A stretch of 64,000 bases of DNA from Macrostomum lignano (lineage: Eukaryota): positions 588,097-652,096 of the forward strand of contig NIVC01000169.1 in NCBI GenBank assembly GCA_002269645.1. The letters are read 5' to 3'. Position numbers and translations under genes: made by a program. Positions within the stretch are counted from its first letter, which is position 1. Each line of letters starts with the position of its first letter. Below the pieces are notes generated by a model. It saw only the letters and a list, made by a program, of their open reading frames with translations, was not told where the DNA came from and searched no databases. Shown one piece after another: positions 62,271 through 64,000 of this stretch.

Positions 62271-62739
62271 TGCTGCATCGAATTTGGCCATAGACAGTAT
62301 ATGCATGCAAGAAAAATCGATAAAAGTTCAAGCTGAATGCTATTTTTAGCCTAAATTTTAGCTTGTGTCAGTCTATGACCGACCTTTCTTTATTTAATTA
62401 TCCATATCACTTGAAGCACGTATTCAAATCTCTTGCAATTGGTGTCATTTTAAAGAAGAGACATGCCACTTTCAAATGACACCAAACATTCAAAGTCTTC
62501 TCTATGCAAAAAGAGATAAGCAGAATAACAATATGCATAATAGAAGTTGCTGACAATGTAGTGCATCTGTGCATTTTACAGCACTGAAAAGCTTTTTGCA
62601 AGAGAGAGTTGAGACGAGATTATAAAGTTGGATAGATATGATGGGTTTCGACCTTCCGGACCCTTGTGGGGAAGCCTTCGGGCCTCGGGTCTAAGAAATA
62701 AATCAATTAGAGTCCTGGCCCCCCACTCCTGTCAGATGG

Positions 62740-63790
62740 TCAGCCCCATGGTAGCTTGATCGTGTGGCGAGCAGTCTGGGTCATATAGCTAAGAGAGGGA
62801 CAGCGAGAGACAAGCAGGGAGAATTTTGAAAGTAGAAATTAGCTAATCCGCAGATTAACTAACCCGCTGCCACCAGCCCGTGCGCCCTGGCTCACCACAC
62901 CGGGACTCTCGAAATCGGGCTTCCGACTAGAAGGGGCTTTGCACTTACCTGCCAACTAGTAGTGTCTTTTTGCTGTCAATCTCGAAGTCATAGCCGATGA
63001 TAAGGGACACTGCTGGGACTAGATCGCATTGGCCATGCAGGTACAGAGGGGACTTGTGCAGGGGATTCCTGCAGTGGCGAGTCTATGGGGTAGCTACATG
63101 TACTATTACATTGCTAAATACGAAGAATTGTACTTTTGGCCTTCAACGCGCCAACTAGCCTCTCGTAGCGCTGATGATAGGCTAACTCGAACTTCAGAGA
63201 CCGCATGATTCATTACCCGAGCCGCTTGGCCACCCTAGAGTGCACAGAGTACATCTCTGGCGCCGATTTTGCACTATTGGCAATTTTGCTCATTGATTTG
63301 ATAGATTGATCGACTGAGAACTACCTTGCCATTGGTCCACTGTGACCGGCGCCTACTAGCTTAGCTACTCATCTGAGCCATCGGCGAACAAAGAAATAAA
63401 ACCGATAAAAATAACTGTCAGATTTAACCTTCTCCTTAAATCACTTCACACCTCAGATTGAATTGGAGTTTCAGACTACTAGCAATATTATTAAGTGATT
63501 TCTGCCTCAGCAACAGCACTACTGAACAAAATGAGCAAAAGTGTGCGCCTAATTCAGCTACTGAAACAGGGGACAGACAAGGGACCAACCAATCAAGCAA
63601 GTCCAGATAGCCTCTCACCCAACCAATCAGAAACTCAACAGCCGGAGACCAGGAAATCCACAGTGACCGAATCGGCTTGATGCTTCGCAGCTGTAGACTC
63701 GGGATGATGCTGTCACAGTCTTCGCTGATAACTAGCAGGTGATGCTCTTAACTTTGATGTTCGCTGCTGATGACCGGGGGATTCGTCCAT
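62740..63790 (-). CDS. Tentative small multi-exon gene of unknown product, convergent with MTR4
   Basis: Phase-consistent chain 63619-~63745, 63134-63234, 62949-63068, 62740-62788 giving ...LLVISEDCDSIIPSLQ...LIGW|GGQAARVM...VEGQK|NPLHKSPLYLHGQCDLVPAVSLIIGYDFEIDSKKTLLVG|SYMTQ...WG*. Upstream CCAAT (~63975) and TATTTAAA (~63925). The start codon frame is unresolved. Confidence 0.4.
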
Positions 63791-64000
63791 GATGATGATG
63801 GGGGGAAGTCGCAATCCGGGGATCAAGAAACGACGGTCGCGCTCCGGGAACCAGAAGTTGCGCGCTGGGCCCGAGCCAAAGTAAGTAGAAGTTGCGTCCG
63901 AGCGGGCCAAAAACTCCGGTTTAAATAGCCGCCAACTGGACCGCAGTTTGTTATAACGGAACACGTCGATTCTGATTGGCTGAGCCGTTTTCTTAAAATA

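Noticed and set aside
62941-62953. ACTTACCTG resembling the U1 snRNA 5' end
   Set aside because: It is the reverse complement of a minus-strand donor (CAG|GTAAGT); no U1 stem-loops or Sm site follow.
63165-63200. CTGATGA...CGAA as a hammerhead ribozyme
   Set aside because: No stem II pairing and no GAAA/UH core. It lies antisense within a predicted exon.

Overview
A repeat-rich animal genomic window. It has GC-rich exons, GT-AG introns mostly filled with private minisatellites, and a double-domain sHSP. This organisation is consistent with a free-living flatworm such as Macrostomum (inference only). Most long ORFs in the supplied track are minisatellite read-through artefacts. Genes rebuilt by hand from splice sites and reading phase are: (1) a minus-strand multi-PLAT/LH2-domain gene (1.2-5.0 kb); (2) three tandem minus-strand genes, largely missed by the ORF track, each encoding a signal peptide followed by a Cys-initiated, strongly cationic peptide (6.3-16.3 kb); (3) a CLIP3/4-like ankyrin + 3x CAP-Gly gene (17.1-21.7 kb); (4) two inverted double alpha-crystallin HSP20 copies, the second missing its HSE/TATA block and 9 residues; (5) a head-to-head pair of secreted PAN/apple + TSR-like genes built from 147-bp exon cassettes, with a conversion-like identity gradient and a nonsense codon in one extra cassette; (6) a myristoylated, degenerate calcineurin-B-like EF-hand gene downstream of an HSE cluster; (7) the 8-exon MTR4/MTREX helicase with a 1-nt frameshift; (8) a tentative small gene at the right edge. 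Mobile DNA includes tRNA-headed CORE-type SINEs, a 1.6-kb foldback element, THAP and Crypton-like relics, two MITEs with exact 8-bp TSDs, a probable solo LTR and a mariner remnant. The most novel-looking signals are the cationic secreted peptide cluster, the PAN-TSR/HSP20 inverted locus, and sense-strand branch-point motifs in intronic minisatellites.
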